DNA of 32,000 nt from Candidatus Iainarchaeum sp. (GTDB taxonomy: Archaea; Iainarchaeota; Iainarchaeia; Iainarchaeales; CSSED10-239): the NCBI GenBank assembly GCA_028700115.1, contig JAQVTI010000003.1:1-32000 (forward strand), read 5' to 3'. Positions 29,472-32,000 of the stretch are shown here, one piece after another (the first letter of the stretch is position 1; each line of letters begins with the position of its first letter). The position numbers and the translations under genes were made by a program. The notes under the pieces were generated by a model. The model searched no databases. It was not told the DNA's origin and saw only the letters and a list, made by a program, of their open reading frames with translations.

Positions 29472-29545
29472 TGAATCCAGGGGGATTTGAACCCCCGACA
29501 CCTGGATTAAAAGTCCAGTGCTCTACCAAACTGAGCTATGGATCC
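29472..29545 (-). tRNA. tRNA-Lys (TTT)
   Basis: GGATCCA...CTGGA CTTTTAA TCCAG...GGGGG TTCAAAT CCCCC TGGATTC A. Confidence 0.92.
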
Positions 29546-29689
29546 TAAAATTTAGGTTAATTAAAATATTTTAACTTAGAAATAAATAAAAATTGATTTA
29601 TTATAAGATATATATTATATGTAAGTAAACATTTATAAATTAAATTGTATTATTAAAAAAATAAAAATATATCTAAAAAAAAGAAAAAT

Positions 29690-30214
29690 ATGATTAAAAT
29701 AATAAAACTAGATCATAGACCATTAAGAGACAAAAGAATTACAACTCACTGTGCATTAGTATCTAGAACTTTTGGAGCAGATGAATTTTTATATGCAGGT
29801 GTATGTGATAAAGAACTTGAAAAAAACATAATAAATACTAATGAAAGATGGGGAGATCTAGGATTTAAAATAAAATTTATTAAAGAACCATTGGAATTCG
29901 TTAAAAAATATAAAGGAAATGGAACTATCATACATCTTACTATGTATGGTGGTAAAATTTTAGAATATATTGAAAATATTAAAAAAAATAAAAAAGAAAT
30001 GCTAATAATAATTGGGGGACCTAAAGTTCCAGGAGAATATTATAAACTTGCAGATTTTAATATAAGTGTTACTAATCAACCACATAGTGAAGTTGCAGCA
30101 CTTGCAATAATTTTAAATTATATTAATCCAGAATATTTAGAAAAAGATTTGTTTAAAAGTAATATAAAAATAATTCCAAATAAAGACCATAAAAATGTTA
30201 TTAACTTAAAATAG
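29690..30214 (+). CDS. trm56: tRNA (cytidine(56)-2'-O)-methyltransferase
   Basis: 174 aa; 'LDHRPLRDKRITTHCALVSRTFGADEFLYAG', 'IHLTMYGG', 'IIIGGPKVPGEYYKLADFNISVTNQPHSEVAALAI'. Confidence 0.92.
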   Translation: MIKIIKLDHRPLRDKRITTHCALVSRTFGADEFLYAGVCDKELEKNIINTNERWGDLGFKIKFIKEPLEFVKKYKGNGTIIHLTMYGGKILEYIENIKKNKKEMLIIIGGPKVPGEYYKLADFNISVTNQPHSEVAALAIILNYINPEYLEKDLFKSNIKIIPNKDHKNVINLK

Positions 30215-30262
30215 TTTTGTAACTTAAATATATTATATTTTAATAAAAATATTTGTGATAAT

Positions 30263-30832
30263 ATGAATAAATTAAAAAAAGAACTATTAAATGATAAAAA
30301 TACAATTAAATTTTTAGAACAAATTGCAGGACCGATTGCAATAGATGTTGTAAAAATTTTTAAAAAAGAAGCATTATCACCTGAAATGATTTCTAAAAAA
30401 CTTGATGAAAAAATTACTAATGTAAGAGCTACATTAAATAGTTTACATTACAGGGGAATTGCATGCTATAAAAAAACAAAAACTAATAACAATTTATATG
30501 AATTTCTATGGGAAATTAAATTTAAAAAAATTATAGAAAATATACATATTCAAGAAATAAAAAAATATAAAAAAATAGAAATGGATATTAATTCAAAAAG
30601 TACACATGATTATTTTGTGTGTCCTAAAAAATGTATAGAAGTTCCTTTTGAAATTGCAGCAGCATATAATTTTAAATGTCCTAATTGTGATTCTAGTTTA
30701 GAAATGGTAGATATAAAAAAAAGATTAGCATTACAAAAAAGAAAATTAAAAACAACAAAAGAAAATATTGAAAAATTAGAAATTCTTTTAGAAAAAATAA
30801 AAGACGATACAAAAGGATATATTTGTGAATAA
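30263..30832 (+). CDS. tfe: Transcription factor E alpha subunit (TFE)
   Basis: 189 aa; N-terminal extended winged helix ('NVRATLNSLHYRGIACYKKTK...LYEFLWEI') and Zn-ribbon 'FVCPKKC...KCPNC', then coiled coil. Confidence 0.88.
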   Translation: MNKLKKELLNDKNTIKFLEQIAGPIAIDVVKIFKKEALSPEMISKKLDEKITNVRATLNSLHYRGIACYKKTKTNNNLYEFLWEIKFKKIIENIHIQEIKKYKKIEMDINSKSTHDYFVCPKKCIEVPFEIAAAYNFKCPNCDSSLEMVDIKKRLALQKRKLKTTKENIEKLEILLEKIKDDTKGYICE

Positions 30833-30904
30833 ATTAATTAAATATATTAGATTTGTTTAAATAGTTTTTGGTACATAATTAATTTACTAATTATAAATAA
30901 ATAA

Positions 30905-30917
30905 ACTATTTAAAATT
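30905..30917 (+). promoter_or_regulatory. Candidate TATA box for tRNA-iMet (actatttaaaatt)
   Basis: TATA-like sequence roughly 20-25 nt upstream of the tRNA 5' end. Confidence 0.35.
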
Positions 30918-30930
30918 AATCTTATTTTTT

Positions 30931-31005
<75 letters not shown>

Positions 31006-31242
31006 TTATTTATACTAATTTTAAAAATTATAAAAATAAAGTAAGTAAACATAACCTAAACTCAATATATCTTGGACAAATATGCTAAATTGAAAAAATA
31101 TTACTTAAAACTAAAAAAAAACTTGAAATTAAAAAAAAACATTAAAATAACTATTAAATTGCAAATAAAGCCAAAAATAAATGTATTTTAAAAATTAAAG
31201 ACTAATTTAAATATAAAAATCAATTATAAATATATTAAAAGT

Positions 31243-31264
31243 AGTAATTACCATGGTAATTACT
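31243..31264. repeat. Perfect 22 bp palindrome AGTAATTACCATGGTAATTACT
   Basis: Read directly; equals its own reverse complement and contains two GTAATTAC cores in opposing GTAATTACCA half-sites. Confidence 0.95.
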
Positions 31265-31423
31265 TAAAAAATAATTTTAAAATAAAATAAAAAATAATAT
31301 ACTACATAAATTGTAATTTACTTAAAAATATAAAATTATTAAATAAAATTAAATTATATAATATAATTTAAAACAAAATATATTTATATATAAAAATAAT
31401 AAAATTTATTAAAAATAAGACTT

Positions 31424-31444
31424 ATAATTACAGTAATTACCATA
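31424..31444 (+). repeat. Iteron-like repeat R1: ATAATTACAGTAATTACCATA
   Basis: Direct repeat of consensus AtAATTACnGTAATTACCAtA. Confidence 0.9.
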
Positions 31445-31455
31445 ATTAACTACAA

Positions 31456-31476
31456 ATAATTACTGTAATTACCAAA
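31456..31476 (+). repeat. Iteron-like repeat R2: ATAATTACTGTAATTACCAAA
   Basis: Same consensus, 32 bp start-to-start from R1. Confidence 0.9.
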
Positions 31477-31485
31477 TACTTTAAA

Positions 31486-31506
31486 AACATTACGGTAATT
31501 ACCATA
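31486..31506 (+). repeat. Iteron-like repeat R3: AACATTACGGTAATTACCATA
   Basis: Same consensus, 30 bp from R2, ending 3 bp before the next ATG. Confidence 0.9.
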
Positions 31507-31509
31507 TAT

Positions 31510-32000
31510 ATGAATTTAATAAATACTATAAAAAATATATTTAAAAAAAAAGTTAAACATCTTGAAAAAGATTTAAATTATAATTCTAATTTAAATCAAA
31601 ATGAATTAGATAATAATAAAAATGAATTAAATAATAATAAAATACAAATTAATGAAAATATAGAAAATCAAATATATATTAAAAAAACAACAGATAATAA
31701 AAATATACATGAAATACAAACAATAACTATACAAGAATTAAAAAATAATTTAAATACAATTTGGGATATTATTAAAATAAAAGAAAATACTCAAGCAGAA
31801 CATATAATTAAATCAATTCCTAGTGATAACTGGACAACTATGGATGAATTAAGACAAAATATAAAACTTGAATTTGGTATTGAATATAAAAATGAAAAAA
31901 GTTTATATCCTTATTTAAAAACATTAACAGATATAAATTTAATAAAAGTAAATAATACTGGAAAAAAAAGAACATGGAAAAAAAATATTATTATATTAGA
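31510..32000 (+). CDS. Lys/Asn-rich protein with possible winged-helix-like domain, truncated by window edge
   Basis: ATG at 31510 opens a frame with no stop to 32000: MNLINTIKNIFKKKVKHLEKDLNYNSNLNQNELDNNKNELNNN...IPSDNWTTMDELRQNIKLEFGIEYKNEKSLYPYLKTLTDINLIKVNNTGKKRTWKKNIIIL. Not in the supplied ORF track. Confidence 0.6.
   Translation, partial: MNLINTIKNIFKKKVKHLEKDLNYNSNLNQNELDNNKNELNNNKIQINENIENQIYIKKTTDNKNIHEIQTITIQELKNNLNTIWDIIKIKENTQAEHIIKSIPSDNWTTMDELRQNIKLEFGIEYKNEKSLYPYLKTLTDINLIKVNNTGKKRTWKKNIIIL

Noticed and set aside
29298-29545. Mobile-element attachment site at the tRNA cluster
   Set aside because: I found no integrase and no duplicated tRNA 3' end elsewhere in the window; the idea remains only as context for mutSL.
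31243-31506. CRISPR array interpretation of the regularly spaced repeats
   Set aside because: Only three 21 bp repeats with 9-11 bp spacers, variation within repeats and palindromic cores; not CRISPR architecture. No cas genes seen.

Overview
The window is an AT-rich archaeal chromosome segment, probably from a DPANN-type lineage. This rests on PolD DP1/DP2, aEF1A, TFE, Trm56, Taw3, archaeal Elp3 and an A1:U72 initiator tRNA; the lineage itself is an inference. Most of it is housekeeping: secF/secD, a NOG1-like GTPase, a UPF0147-like protein, the DP1-DP2 operon, S10 and EF1A, a shortened NFACT (RqcH-like) protein, a PRC-barrel protein, a DUF373 membrane protein, an SPFH protein, taw3, elp3, bacterial-type mutS/mutL, three minus-strand tRNAs (Phe, Lys-CUU, Lys-UUU), trm56, tfe and tRNA-iMet.

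The best leads are: (1) an approximately 500 bp non-coding region after tRNA-iMet with a perfect 22 bp palindrome and three 21 bp iteron-like direct repeats at 32 and 30 bp spacing, ending 3 bp before a new reading frame that runs off the window; (2) a TTG-started, 1168 aa lipobox and coiled-coil surface protein with a C-terminal TM helix, next to a second exported TM-anchored protein; (3) a small wHTH-like gene followed by a small Rossmann/CARF-like gene; (4) a membrane-anchored coiled-coil protein with a plausible transglutaminase-like C-H-D triad; (5) an NFACT protein with no NFACT-R domain. No CRISPR array, intein or transposase was recognised. All family assignments come from reading motifs, not from database searches.
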